DNA of 61,398 nucleotides, the filler included, from Choristocarpus tenellus KU-1152 (taxonomy: Eukaryota; Protista; Phaeophyceae), in assembly GCA_964200185.2 (NCBI GenBank). It is 15 parts of 15 records of this genome, joined end to end, with 100 filler letters (N's around TTAATTAATTAA, not from the genome) between each part and the next. Parts side by side here need not be neighbours in the genome. Positions count along the whole stretch, not along the records: positions 39,653 to 42,641 come from CAXNAD020023108.1; positions 42,742 to 45,975 come from CAXNAD020021355.1; positions 46,076 to 49,721 come from CAXNAD020018761.1; positions 49,822 to 54,460 come from CAXNAD020013680.1; 11 more parts are not named here. One strand, 5' to 3'. Numbering within the stretch: position 1 is the stretch's first letter; each line of letters opens with the position of its first letter. Positions 40,840 through 53,760 of this stretch are shown here, in pieces. The notes under the pieces are model-generated. The model saw only the letters and a list, made by a program, of their open reading frames with translations. It was not told the DNA's origin and searched no databases. The translations under genes were made by a program, and so were the position numbers.

Positions 40840-42200
40840 ATGGGGAATGTGAACGCAGTGCCAGTTATTTCCCAAGTCAAATCTGCAGTCCAGGCGATCA
40901 GTGGTGACACCAAGGGAGCCCAAGAAACTCAGAAACAGTTCTCGTAACGGAGCCCCGTGGTCTTGCAGGTGTGTTCCGCCGTGGAAGTGACCTACGATAC
41001 GGATGCCGCACGTCGCACGCAGCTGTCATTCTTGGACAACCTGGAGAGCGTAGCAGACGGTACTCCCGTTGTGGGGCACATGAAGGGCGTTGTTCACATT
41101 CTCACGAACGACAAAGAGAAAGGAGTAGCCTGCATGAAAGAGGCCTCTCGAACCACGGCAGTTGTTGCGGCAAGTGTGGCTACTGGAGGCACGGGTTTTG
41201 CAGCAGCGGCTGCAGCCGGAGTCACGGCCGGATTGTTGGCCGATCTTACCACCACAGGCATAGACTCGACTGTGCACAATGAGTACAGGCCCAATGGGGT
41301 GTTGGTACTGGTGAGTGTTTTGTTAGCGTGCATATACTTGGCAGTGACCGCGTCTGCTTGAACATTCCATAATTGTACCCAAGCCCTTCACCGAATTTTC
41401 TGTAGCGAATAAATATAGTTTTGAGTGTTAGGACCCAGTTCAATCAAATTCACCACTACGATGTCAACTCGTTTGTTGGCACTCTTTTGCGCCTTTAATA
41501 CCCATCTTTCTCTCCGACTCTCTTCATGCCCTCCTCTCCTGAGTCGTGTCCCCACTCTCCACCCTCGGGTCCTCTGGTGCAGGGAGAGAAGGCCGCCAAG
41601 TCAGGCAAGGCGGGTGAGTACTTCGATCTGATGGCGACCCCAATAATGGACAGTCTGACGGCTAAGGGCGCTGCAAAGACGGCCAAGACAACTTCTGCGG
41701 CAAAGACAACAATCAACAGAATAGACGGTGCCAAGCAGTTGGTTCAGCACCTTCCTGAGGGTACGGTGCTCACCAAAATGTATGGTGAAAATGGAAACAT
41801 CACCACTGGGGTGCAGTCCACATCCAGGCAGGTTTTGATGAGACAGCAATTCGACCTCACAAGAAGGCAAGCGAAGCAGCACTCCAAGAATATGCCGTCT
41901 GCATTACGCGAGTTGCATCCCAACCCCCCACTTCCTCGGCTGGGTGGCGTGTGTGCCGAGCACCATGCCTTCAACCACCTGGCGAGGGTCAATGACGTAC
42001 CTGGTCAGACCTACACAGTGACAAAAGGGAGAAATGGGAAAGTCAGTACCATGAGGCGCTGTGAAAATTGCCGCGGGTACGGTACTTACATGGGCGCAGT
42101 GATGACAGACGGAGCTTTTCCGAGAGTTACAGCAGTGGCATCAGCAATACCTTGGGCAGCTGGGACGACAATGATCGCCAGTAGAAAAGGCGAGGAGGAG
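40840..42200 (+). CDS. Polymorphic-toxin-like protein with C-terminal zinc-dependent deaminase-like domain; one in-frame TAA (possible pseudogene)
   Basis: Exon 1 is 40840-41310 (GTGAGT donor). Exon 2 is 41583-42200 (TGCAG acceptor, GTGAGT donor; or reads through to the stop at 42275). Both junctions are phase 0. Motifs: three PV(I/V)xx(V/M)xxxV repeats, Gly/Ala hydrophobic tract, GVCAEHHAF (41952) and RRCENC (42060). TAA at 40945-40947. Confidence 0.72.
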
Positions 42201-44989
42201 GTGAGTATCCCTTGGGTAGGCTGCGTGGTATTCCTTTTCAGATATGTTTACAATTTGTACCTGCTGGATTGCTGACCAGTGTCGGATGTCAGTGATGATT
42301 GTTAAAAGTGTACCCTCCAGCCCTTCCTTGGTGTGAGCACAAGTAGTTTGAGATTGCCCCTACAAAACCCCAGCAATATTTAGACTTTAAACATCTACTG
42401 AAGTGCTTGTAACCCATGTTGGTAAGTTATGGCTGAGGTGCTGGTAACATATAGGATGTGTTGTGTCACCGAAATGGTTGAGCATGTCAACTCGGCCACA
42501 GCACATTACAGTGCAATGCTTCAGTGGAGCCTCTTACTTAGTGGACCACCCCCCACCCCCCTCCCTTGCCTGCAGTTTAGGCTAGGGTCTCAAGGATAGG
42601 GTTAGAGTTAATGCTAGAGCCCCTTCCCTGCCAAGCCACTCNNNNNNNNNNNNNNNNNNNNNNNNNNNNNNNNNNNNNNNNNNNNTTAATTAATTAANNN
42701 NNNNNNNNNNNNNNNNNNNNNNNNNNNNNNNNNNNNNNNNNCACGGTATAACGTTATATGGCATACGAGCAATACGGTATAATAACAGACAAACATGCTT
42801 TCCACAGTTTTAATAAATACAAAATATTTCCTGTACTACTACTACTATACTTACTAATAATAATAATGCTGCTTCTACTACTACTACTATGGTGTATCCT
42901 TGTTGAGAGACGATACAAGAAACACACGAAGGCTTGGTTTTATACTGGTCCGAGGTGTTTATCCTGAAAGTGCAACTTTGGAGTTCGCAAGAAACTTACT
43001 CATAGCCTCAGGTTTGATCCATTCGAAACACAAGGGGTAGTAGGTGTATGCTATATATATTACACATAGTACATGCTACTTACTATACAACTACTCTCTG
43101 TGCACTCTCTCTTAAAATATGATACCTTCTGTCGCCCATCCAAGTTGTGGTCCATGTTCACTTCTCTGATTCCATTGCCATTTTATGAGGTGCAGTGAAC
43201 TCCCACATCTACCTGCATGGTACACTGCCACATATGGACAGAAACCATGGATGAAGTCCACGTCCACCTTAAGGAGTCTTCATACTTATATAGCAGCCTT
43301 GATACTCTTGTATGCCGTACTGTTGAAGGTAGTCAGCCATGCCTCAATCCGATCCCTGAAAATCGAAAACACTCTTCTTCTTTTGAGAGAGATCTCCATG
43401 CGAGACAATTCCCTGACTGAGTATCAACTCGTAACAAAATCAAAAAGAAATATGTTGAAGGATTGAGCAATTCCAGTTATTGAAATATCATCTTTGCTAC
43501 CTGCTGGCATTCTAAGCCAGGCATACTTTTGTGGTGTCACACCCACCCTTGTCACCATCCGGCTGGCGAGGGCTAGTGCCTTATGTAAAATTTCATACAT
43601 TACATTACACCAACCAATTTTTTATATTATGTTGTGAAGCGCTAGACGCTTCTGCATCTGGGATCACGGTGGAGTCAGTCAATATAACGTTCACATACAG
43701 ATCAGGAGAGCTTTGGGGGAGGGGGGGGAATTTCAAAAATTAGCAAGTGATTTGTGTAACTGCACACCACATGAGAGAGAGTGAAATGGCATTACCAGTG
43801 CAGGTGGCTGCATTGCAAAAGCGTTGCATATCATGAATGAACAGAAAACCCAATACCATGACAAATTATTTACTCCAGATTACTTTGGAAGGGTTCCATG
43901 TGTACCACAGATGGTGGAGAACAAGTTCATCCAAACAGGAATCCAAACACGACAGAAAATATTAGCAAGAAAAATCCTTAACTCCAGAAATTGCACACGG
44001 CATTCCTCGCCTAATGGGCGGTCTGGAGATGAGGTGGGGTGGACGTCATTGTCTCCATATCTATACCAGTTTCCAAAGCCCCTTGCTAGACAAGACCAAA
44101 GGTTTTCAGGGAGTTTGTTGCGAAAACTAAGCATTAGATCCACCCTCTCACAGAGAAAATGGAAAATGATCCCATCAACTTTTTCAAGCATAACAATTGG
44201 TTGAAAACAATGCATTGAGATTACAAGGTCACACAAGGTCTGTAAGGGCACGAGGTGGCCATACTCACACGTGCAAGAGTGTATAACACTGCCGCACGCA
44301 AACTTCAACATAGAGAAAAAATATAATAGGGGAAGATCTAATCGGTACTAGCGACTCTGAGCTGAGCCACCTTCTAGGTGTGATACTACAGTTTTAACTG
44401 ATTGTGTGCCTGCAAATTGATAATTCCACAATGGATTATCGAAAGAAAAATATCTCTGCTTATTTCATCATCCGTTAAGAATATATACGAGTATATAACA
44501 TGGCACATTGCACTCAAAAAGTGGAGCAAAGCACACATTTGCCCTTGGTTTAATTAGTTTGATATTATACCTCTTTCTGTGAATTCTTCCTGCTCCTCCC
44601 ATTTATTGAATTATTCTTGACAGGCCATTTTCCTAATAAAATTAGACAAATATACTTTGTCCAGAATACCCAAAACTACAGTGAGGATGTATCCTGTCAT
44701 GGCGCACCTTTGATGAATAGTATTGATTGGGTACTCTAACCACAAACACGGGTACATTGTTGGGGGTCCATTCAGTTTTCTAACCTGGTCTAAGCCCTCA
44801 TGGACAAATGATTCGTAAAAAGTACTCCGGACTATGTTGTTGTGTACCCTACTTCGGTCTCCTACGTGTGACAATCCGAGGACTCCAGCGATTTCCGTTT
44901 CATTCACTTCCATAAACTAATAAGTTACTGGAACACATAGTTCCTAGGACCGTTACTGTACTTATTAATACTATGTATTGTTTATTAGT

Positions 44990-45060
44990 ATGCCCTCTGA
45001 CATTTTGTAGATATGTAAGGGGGGAAACCAATGAGAACTATTCACATGTCAGTATAAGCC
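44990..45060 (+). repeat. Repeat family C (ATGCCCTCTGACATTTTG motif)
   Basis: Same motif at ~60663, ~61284 and ~61356, and inverted at ~48990, ~49280 and ~61185. Confidence 0.8.
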
Positions 45061-45134
45061 CTAAAGAAATAAAATATGTCACAAATGTGTGAAAAACATT
45101 AATCTATTTGTTATTTCACTACTGTCCATGTTAT

Positions 45135-45460
45135 AACACTACCTTCCTGCGCCTCCAATCTACCTATTCCTGTGCCTCAGGGTGAGGAGGTAGGGAGGCA
45201 TCCCAAGAACCCAACAAACCCCTCCGTGTTCATCTCCCTGGTGACTCCAGCTTTAAAAGCATGACACGTCTAGACAGTGCCACTTGCGTAGTTACTGAGA
45301 CAATTTGGCGTAGCCAGGATTTAACTACTCCTTTCCTGCTATATCCTCCAGTTCCTCTCCCCCCCACCATGTGCGTCCCCCACCATGTGCGTAGCCAGCT
45401 TATCCAGGAAGTATTCCGCTTGGTTGCCGAGGCGCCCAAAAAATTCCACCTCGAAGGTGT
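45135..45460 (-). mobile_element. 3' fragment of RLE-type non-LTR retrotransposon
   Basis: Homologous to 54705-55025 (RQIVSVTTQVALSRRV). Confidence 0.75.
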
Positions 45461-45803
45461 TATATTATTTATTCACTCTAACATTATTTTTTCTTATTAG
45501 TATTAGTTTCCGTGTCCATTCATTACTATATTGGTTGGCATTGGTTGACATCATTTCGGATCCTCACATCCTCACATCCTCACATCGTGCAGGTGTTCGG
45601 TTTTTAGTCGTGGCACACTACTAAGAAAAAACTGTTGATATATGTGTGGAAATACTTGTACCGTTTGGGGGTAAATTCATTCAAGTATATTGTATTATTC
45701 CTCGGATATTTCCTTAGCTCCTCACCCGGGGTGCAGGAATAGGTAGGTACAACATATGTGGTATTAAAATAGCAAATAGGTAGATGTTTTCACATTTGTG
45801 ACA

Positions 45804-46116
45804 GGTTCAAAGTATCTGGGGGGGGGGGTGGCGACTGTCCGTTTAGGGTCAATTTTTTGATGTCGCGATTTTTGGTGATTTGGTTGCATACGTCGGATGG
45901 ATAGTGCAAATGCACTTTTCCTGGTTTTGGCCCGAATGGACACCCTGGTGTAGACCACCCCGCCCCCCCAGATACNNNNNNNNNNNNNNNNNNNNNNNNN
46001 NNNNNNNNNNNNNNNNNNNTTAATTAATTAANNNNNNNNNNNNNNNNNNNNNNNNNNNNNNNNNNNNNNNNNNNNCCAAATGGACAGCCGCCACCCCCTC
46101 CCAGATACTTTGAGCC
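45804..46116. mobile_element. MITE family B copies either side of a linker
   Basis: Nearly complete copy at 45804-45975 and an end fragment at 46076-46116. Confidence 0.85.
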
Positions 46117-46829
46117 ATACCCACAACATGTTGTTACTAAATAACCCTCTGACCATGCACATCGTGTCAGTAGGTTCACCAGCATGAATTCACCTGCGCT
46201 TCATTGCATTATGACACTCCTTTGCCTCAACCAACCTGGCACCATACAAGAGCACGATAATTTAAATCCCAGGTTTCAACACAGCATGCCAATCAAACTT
46301 ACCCGGTCTGAGAATATGGGATCAGCGCATCAATCAGCCTAAATATCAGGCGAGAGGTTATGTGGCCAGGATGCAGGTTTCCTGTATCTTGTATAAACAA
46401 ATATATACTCAGAATGAGGATGCAAGGAGCAAACGCTATACGCTGTCAATAAACTGTTTGACTAGCGTTTGTGGTCTGAAATTGCTGTATGAACGTTACA
46501 CGATTTTGGTCAACACTCCGATGCGTGAAAATACAATTGCAGGTTACATGATCAATATCAACACAGCAGACATCGCGATCACATGTGCGCCCATGTTCTC
46601 CTTCCTCACATTCTGACATCGATTGAAATATTGCTCACAACGACTACAATATTCCAAGTGGACAACTCAGACGTACGGTATTGGTGACTCACCTCTCCAA
46701 AACGATACGGGGTTATTGTACAGTCATAATATCATGTCGGGGGGGAATCATGCCACTCGAAAAAAACAAGGAACAAATATTCCGCACCTGAGCCTTCTAT
46801 CACTTATCTAGTGGTACTAGAATCTTTGT

Positions 46830-48680
46830 ATAAAATGAGGTTAGTCATTTCATCATGATCGTTAAATCCCTTTCATAAATCATGACACGATGTATTGAAA
46901 ATCCATCTCTAGCACACAGTTGCTAATGTGCCCAGTGATACGGTCTGTTCATCACCGCATGTGTCCACTTGTGCAAATGAGGAGGGCTGAAAGATAAGTT
47001 AATTGTATTTTTAATTTATCTAAACGCTACCAACATACATGTGTATTCTATTTGCAAGGACTTTTAACCTGGTACACAGGAGATGTCAAGTCAGAGCTTG
47101 ACTTGAACAGGTTAACCGACATCTGTTACCAGTTATCAAACCTCTTTACAAAACGATGGACTTAACCCATCTATGACAAAATGACACACAAACGATCTTC
47201 TAAGCTAGATGGTCAACCTATGTAAGGGATTGCAGTATGTGGGTAACACGAGATCCAGGCCAAGACACGCAAGTAAAAAAAACACACACACACACAAACA
47301 CACAATAAAAAAAAAGACCAAGATCTGTACCGCACATAGATAAAATAGTTGTTACAGGCGATATGTCTTGATGGCGGTTTTATAAACACCATTATGACAT
47401 TGAAGTTCTAGATTTTATATATTTGTACTTGACTATTTATTTATTATTTGGTCATTATGGTCCCCGATTGTGATAAGACATCGTAGACCAGTTCCGTTTT
47501 ATACGATGGCATTGATGATAATCAAAGCGAGAGATCCAGCATACTTGACGACTTNNNNNNNNNNACGACTTGTGCATCAGGAGTCCAATACGTGCATAAG
47601 TATCATCTATAGGCCCGTAGATTGGAACTATACATCCTGTGGAGGTAAGCTTCCTGGGGCGCGCTGTAACATATTCTCTTTACTGAAACGATGATAGGTT
47701 ACAATGTTACAGCAATGCATGGCATACAGACTATGCACAGGAATATGGTAACAGTAAATAAGAATTCTCGAGTCGGCACTGTATGAGACTAGAATATTAC
47801 CTGTTATCCAATCCATTTACGGCACGATAGGCTGCAATTAGTGCACAGCATTGTGGGATCTGTACTGCTCTTTTGTGAAGGTCACAAGATGGTCCGTAGC
47901 CACAAGGACTAGGCGATCGATAACATTTGTGGATGAACGACGACTAGGTCCAGGTATATGTCCAACAATGCCATCAATAGTGTATTGGCCAATAACTGGT
48001 TGAGAGAGTTGCTGGTCTACAACCGATAGTGGTAATAATGATTTTCCCAGAAACAAATAATCCAGTTCATTCAAGTCTGGTTTGGGAGACTGGATTTGAC
48101 TTGAGGATAGTATCGCTTCATTCTACCCCGATGGACGGAAAATTGACATGGGTTTCCAGGTAATACTACCTTGTAAACGATGGGTGATATCTTACAATGT
48201 ACTTCATACGACCCCTCCAAGGTTGAAGGAACCTCGGATTCGGATCATCAGTGCTCTCATGTGGCCTATGGACTAGAACTTGATCACCAGGTACGAAAAA
48301 CGGGGAACACGAGACGTTGGTTGGCACACTTCTGAATTTTACTGTGTTCACAACGTGCCAACTCAAATGCAAGCTATAAGTTATCTTTGGTTTACTGAGT
48401 AAACTCTTCAGTAGGGAAATCTGAATCAGCATTAGACGAACTAAGGATAATATCAGCAGGTAAGCGAGCTTGTCTTCCAAACAGAAGTAAAAACGGGATT
48501 TCATGCAACTTTGCACCGAAAGCTGTGTTATGGGCTAACCGTATGTATGAAAGGTGATATCGGTGCCCAGTTATCTTCAGAAACAGAGATATACATGGCT
48601 AGCATAGAATGCAACGTAGCATGTACTCGCTCTAACACAGGATTTCCTTGGGGGTGGTATGGTGTGGTTTTGGTATTCAA
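46830..48680 (-). mobile_element. Ty3/Gypsy relic: integrase plus 3' non-coding region
   Basis: TTPYHPQGNPVLERVHATLHSMLAMY and GDQVLVHRPHESTDDPNPRFLQPWRG; the downstream region is shared with 8127-8900. Confidence 0.82.
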
Positions 48681-48726
48681 GACAGATTACCAGTTCATAC
48701 TGACAGTTGGTTCGCACATTGACAAT

Positions 48727-48898
48727 GGCTCAAAGTATCTGGGGGGGGTGGCGGCTATCCATTTGGGGCCAATTCTTTCATGTCTCGATTTTTGGGTGAT
48801 TTGGTTCATTACGTTGGATGGATAATGAAATTGCACTTTTCCTGGTTTTGGTACACGTGGACACTCTGGTGTAGACCCCCCCCGAGATACTTTGGGTC
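48727..48898. mobile_element. MITE family B, complete
   Basis: GGCTCAAAGTATCTGGGG...GAGATACTTTGGGTC with an AAT/AAT duplication. Confidence 0.9.
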
Positions 48899-49821
48899 AA
48901 TGGTCGATACTCACAGGTGTTACTTTTCAGGCAGGGGTTGTTCTGATATTGAATTGATTTTTCATCGGTTTTTCCCCTGACACATCTGCAAATGTCAGAG
49001 GGCAAAATAATAATTTACTACTCACATTTACATCTCTGGTAGCTCATCTTAGGAAAACCAATTACCGTTACAACCCCATGGTGCATACCAAGTATGGAAC
49101 AGTCGAGATCTATCAAACATAGAAACGATAGTACATGCCATATGAGGTGTCCCAGATATTGTTTTCAGTTTTTTCTTTGTTTTATAATCTTCACATCAGA
49201 ACCACCGAAGAACAAACCGGCTTTCCACATACACTGAATAACATATGATTGAATTGACTTTTTCTCTGACACATACGCAAAATGTCAGAGGGCATAATAA
49301 TATAAAAAAATAAAGTACATGTTTGCAACTAAAAAAAGTTTGGGGATCCCAACTAGGCACACTAGATACGTCATGTCACCTAGGACCCCACTAGGGCTTC
49401 TATAACGTGCTAGTTTAGAAGGGGCAGATGCATTATTTTTGCTACATAGTGTCATCATGGAACAACAATGGAACCAAGCATTGACTGTATCTAATGACAG
49501 TAGTAGCAGTAACCGAAGACTTGTATTCATTTTGTTTTGCCCTGCATACTTTCGAGAAATAAAATGAGTACACACTTTTTCTTTCCCATCAAAATCACAA
49601 CCTAAAACAGTGGATTATAAAAATTGAGGATGGAGCGTACTATTGAGGATGGTTTTGAACGAAAAAAAAAAAAAAAAAGTGCCGATATGTTTTTTTTGTA
49701 AATGTTGTGGCACTTTTTAAGNNNNNNNNNNNNNNNNNNNNNNNNNNNNNNNNNNNNNNNNNNNNTTAATTAATTAANNNNNNNNNNNNNNNNNNNNNNN
49801 NNNNNNNNNNNNNNNNNNNNN

Positions 49822-52800
49822 CTTCAATGTAGTGTTCCGTCCCTCTCTCACAAAACCCCCCCTTTCCCTTGCCTCGATAGCAGACCGTAGAACTGCTAAG
49901 ACCTTGGTAGGAATCTTCTTGCCGTTCCCAACAAGTTTATCGCAAGTCCAAACAATACCCGCCACGGGTTCCCAGCTAACGTCTTTAACTCGCTTCTGTT
50001 TCCCACCTCGCACGGATCTATCACCAGCATGCACCCAGCCTTCTACAAAACTACTTTTGCCATACTTCTCAAGGGACATTAGCGCGGCGTTGTCACGTGT
50101 GTGATCACTGGTCGGCCGAAGCCAGTGAAGATCCACCCCACGCTCCCCTTCCTCGCCGACGCGATCCGCTAGGATCTTGCCGACCAAGAGCGGCGCCTCC
50201 ATTGCCACAAAAAAGGCAAACCTGCCTTCCTGCACTGAAACGAGGTTTCCATGGTTCCCCGATGTCAACGTAGTACGAGGCCAACCCCGTCGACAGGAGC
50301 CAGGTTCTTCCTTGTCACTGTCCGATGAGGAAGAGTGTGTTTCCTTGAGCCCGCCGAGATCATTGTCGCTATCAACGAGATTATCCCCCCCACCCAAATG
50401 TTCGCCCTGGTCGTTGTCATTGACGTCGCCGGTGCTAGTTCCAGCGTCATTGTCATCGGTGGGAATCCAATGGACTGGGAGGTCGAAATCTCGTTCCCCT
50501 GTCTTTTGGAGAAGTCGCACAGACTCGCTTTGATCATGTTTCACTCTCTGAACGGCTTCATCGTCTGCGAAGGTGGAATACATGAGCAAGAGGACATCAA
50601 CGGTATGGATGCATGAATTTTACTTTGTCACCAGGCGTGAGGTTTCACGAATGCACTCGGGGAGCATGCGGTGAGAGGGAGGGTGCATATTTCGTCGGAA
50701 TCGTCTCTGTTGAGTACAAGACCAGTACCCTCAAAACAGCTATGGGGAGTAATCTATGGTAATTTTTATTGTAACATGCGACGATCACTACACATGAGAA
50801 TGCAATATTTTTCAAGATTTTTTTTCCAAAGACTGTAAAGGCTGCCTCGTACGAAAGTTGCACTTGATTTTTTTGGCTGCTACCGAATACAAAAACTAGC
50901 TATCAACTCCCCTCACGAAAAAATCGACTTACCCAGTGGGTACGCAGCAGGGAGGCGCTCGTGCGACGCCTGGTACCGCTGCTCCACCTTCAGGATGACG
51001 TCTTTGGGAACGCTCTTGAGCTGGTAGGGTGGTGCATCTTGGATATGAGGCGGGTGGCCGATGAAGAGGTCGTGCGGAGGGGCGTTGGGGTCCATAGCAA
51101 GATCTCCGCCTATCCCACTCTATTCGGTGCTGTGCATGTATTACTTTACGCTAACCTTCACCCGCCCATCACCACCTTTTTCAACGCGAAAAGCCCTGTA
51201 GCTCGTGATGTTGGGGACACGGTTGACGCGACCGCAAAGGAGTCCTTTGAAATTGCCCTCATTCCGCAGGGTCTTCTAGTGTACTGGAACCTCCATGTAA
51301 GAGGCCTGCAGATCTTCACACAGCTGTGTTCTTGTGAATATGTTTTTGCCTTTTATTCCACGTGAGAACCTGAACGTGAAATGCAAGCAAGTTAATTTCG
51401 AGGCAGGGCGAAAGAAGCGAAGTGGATAGCAGGATATATATGCAGTATGCAGGCACATGCTCTGATGCATGTATATGGAAGTATAGATATATAAAGGGGT
51501 GATGCGTAATTTTTTTTTCATTGTTTTGTTTCGAGAGTATGTTACGAAACAGTTTGGGCAGCTGCTCTTATCGTTCAATTTTGTTGTGGGGAAATCAAAA
51601 GCCAATCGATCAATTACAGCGTATGACCATAAACCTTCCAGGAATGCAACTAGCGTGAGCTGCAAGCCTTGAGGCAGTATCTGTCCGTATAAAAACACTA
51701 TGTGGCTATCGAACTTGCATATCTTGCCTAATTACCTGGAGAAGATCTGACCGGTTTTGATGTGCGTGTGCCCCACCATCATAAAATGTATCTCGACCAC
51801 AAGAATGACACTTGCCGCAACCAACAGTCCCGCCTATCCGAGAAAGAAATTGTTCTTGTTCTCTGAGACGCAGTTGTCGACCTGGCCAGTTTGGGGAGTT
51901 GGGAGCGAGGGAGGGATAGGCGTGAGGCCGATATGTCAGCCCATTTCGCCGCGTTTCGTGAAGGAACAGGGCATGTTTCCAGTACTGCTAGAGCGCAATC
52001 TCTACATCACCGCCATAATACATGCAGGTTGCAACACACAAACCAAAACTAAAGACCGTGCAGTTGGTTACTTGGTGACTGGTATTCAGCGAGTATGTGT
52101 TGAGTAGGTCGTGTCAAGATGAAACCTTCTTACCTGCCAATGCGCGTGCTGGATGATGCAATTCCCCGCATGATCGAGGCTGTTGTGGTACTTGTCGATA
52201 AGCCTTGTGAGGGCAAGGTGGGTGGCTGTGTAGACAAGGTTACAACCTGCGCGAACAATGATGTCCAAGAATGTTGGCAAAAAGTACTCTGCTTACTTAC
52301 GCATTGTTTATTTGGAGCTAAAAAGAGGGGTAATGTAATTTGTTTATGCAATGTAGAGGACATACACCCATACGGCTGATGTATATGTCTGTGATCTCCA
52401 TCACCCGTTGATTACCTCTTTCGCCCTAACCCTATGGTGAGGCGTAGGAGGGCAGGGGAGCACAGCGCATCATCAGTTAATCGACTGTTCACTAGGCCTG
52501 CGGTATCTGTAGGCACATCATGTAAGGATGTACTTGTCCTTACGGATTTACCCTACGGCAGGTCCATTCGCCGCGACAGTAAATCAAGTGGTGCGTGCGC
52601 AACCAGCATCTATTCGGTCATGTGATTGTTCGCCATGACCCACAATACGTACCTCCTCCAAGATTGATAGGAGTGAAGAACACCTCCGCGAACTGGCTTT
52701 CGACTTGTGCGGCCATGATCTTCTGGGATAGGTAGTGGAATTATGTGCGTTTGTTTTGGCGGTTATTTCTTGGGACTTTGCACTCATTTGTAGAATAAAA

Positions 52801-53760
52801 CATGGTCGTCTATTCTGTTCCGCGTGCAGCTGCAAAATTCTTGTCGAATGGACTGTGCGTGTGTGTGGTTAACTGTCACCGCCGTGGGTAGGTGGGTAAA
52901 GTGCTGGGAGGGCGTGTGCTGTCTGATTCGCGGCGTCTACGGACATGAACACGAAGCCGAGAGGTTTGTCGTCGGCTTAGCCCGCATGGTGCTGCTGGTG
53001 CTGTTGGTGATGACCAGCCGATCCGCTTGGATAATCTGGCGAATGGGGGACAGCAACATCACGTGAATTAATCAAATAAATCTGCTCAGAGCTAAAAAAC
53101 AAAATTGCCGCTTGTTAACACGTATCAGGTTAGTTAGTAACAAAAATGTAGTCTGGGTATCAATAGATGTTTGTATTGGGATATGTTTTTTATTGCTGCG
53201 TTCAAGACAAACATAGGGTTATCGGGATGGTAGGAAGTATGCACGTACCGGGCCGGAAGACCGCTACATGACCTGTCCCTCCCACAGCACGTTGTACACT
53301 ATCAGGAAGCAGTCTGTCTTACAAGGTGTTTGGGCAGCTAATAACAGCAAGTTTTGCGGTGAGTGAGGCTACTGTTGCTGTCATAAACACCTACGTGGGA
53401 GTCTTCATTCGCAAAAGGACACAGATTTACTTCAAAACGGAGGGCAATGACGGCGACAGGTTGTCACTCTACCCTTGTTGCAAAATTAACGCTGGACACC
53501 TACCTGTCGATGGTCTGACAGCTCCTTATCGATGGACTCGAGGACGGTGGAGTCGTTGGTGGGTTTTACACCAGGCGCACTGTGCCGTTTCTCTTTTAAC
53601 TTGACACATATGTCACATTTCATAAACTCGCCTCCTACCCTCACCTGGATGTTGGGCCTGTCCTCTCTGAGCAATCGGAGGAAGTACTCCTTGCCTACCC
53701 GCTTGGAAGGGTCGTCAGGATACACCCGTATTGCCTCTTTGCAAAATCCTTGTATAGCTC
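49822..53760 (-). mobile_element. Intron-rich DDE transposase pseudogene, DUF7869/Sola1-like
   Basis: Exons encode YFLRLLRE...FMKCDIC; FMSVDAANQ..HALP; GCNLV...HWQ|VDNCVSENKNNFFLG*...FMMVGHTHIKTGQIFSR (51881-51736); RFSRGIKGKNIFT...; and the C-terminal ORF 49822-50589. It contains stops and frameshifts. Confidence 0.8.

Noticed and set aside
40944-40968. 25-nt GT-AG mini-intron that would remove the TAA
   Set aside because: Its removal shifts the frame to a TGA within a few codons and destroys repeat 2.
43200-43480. Minus-strand VAVYHAG, helicase-like motif
   Set aside because: The frame has several stops and no other helicase motifs are nearby.
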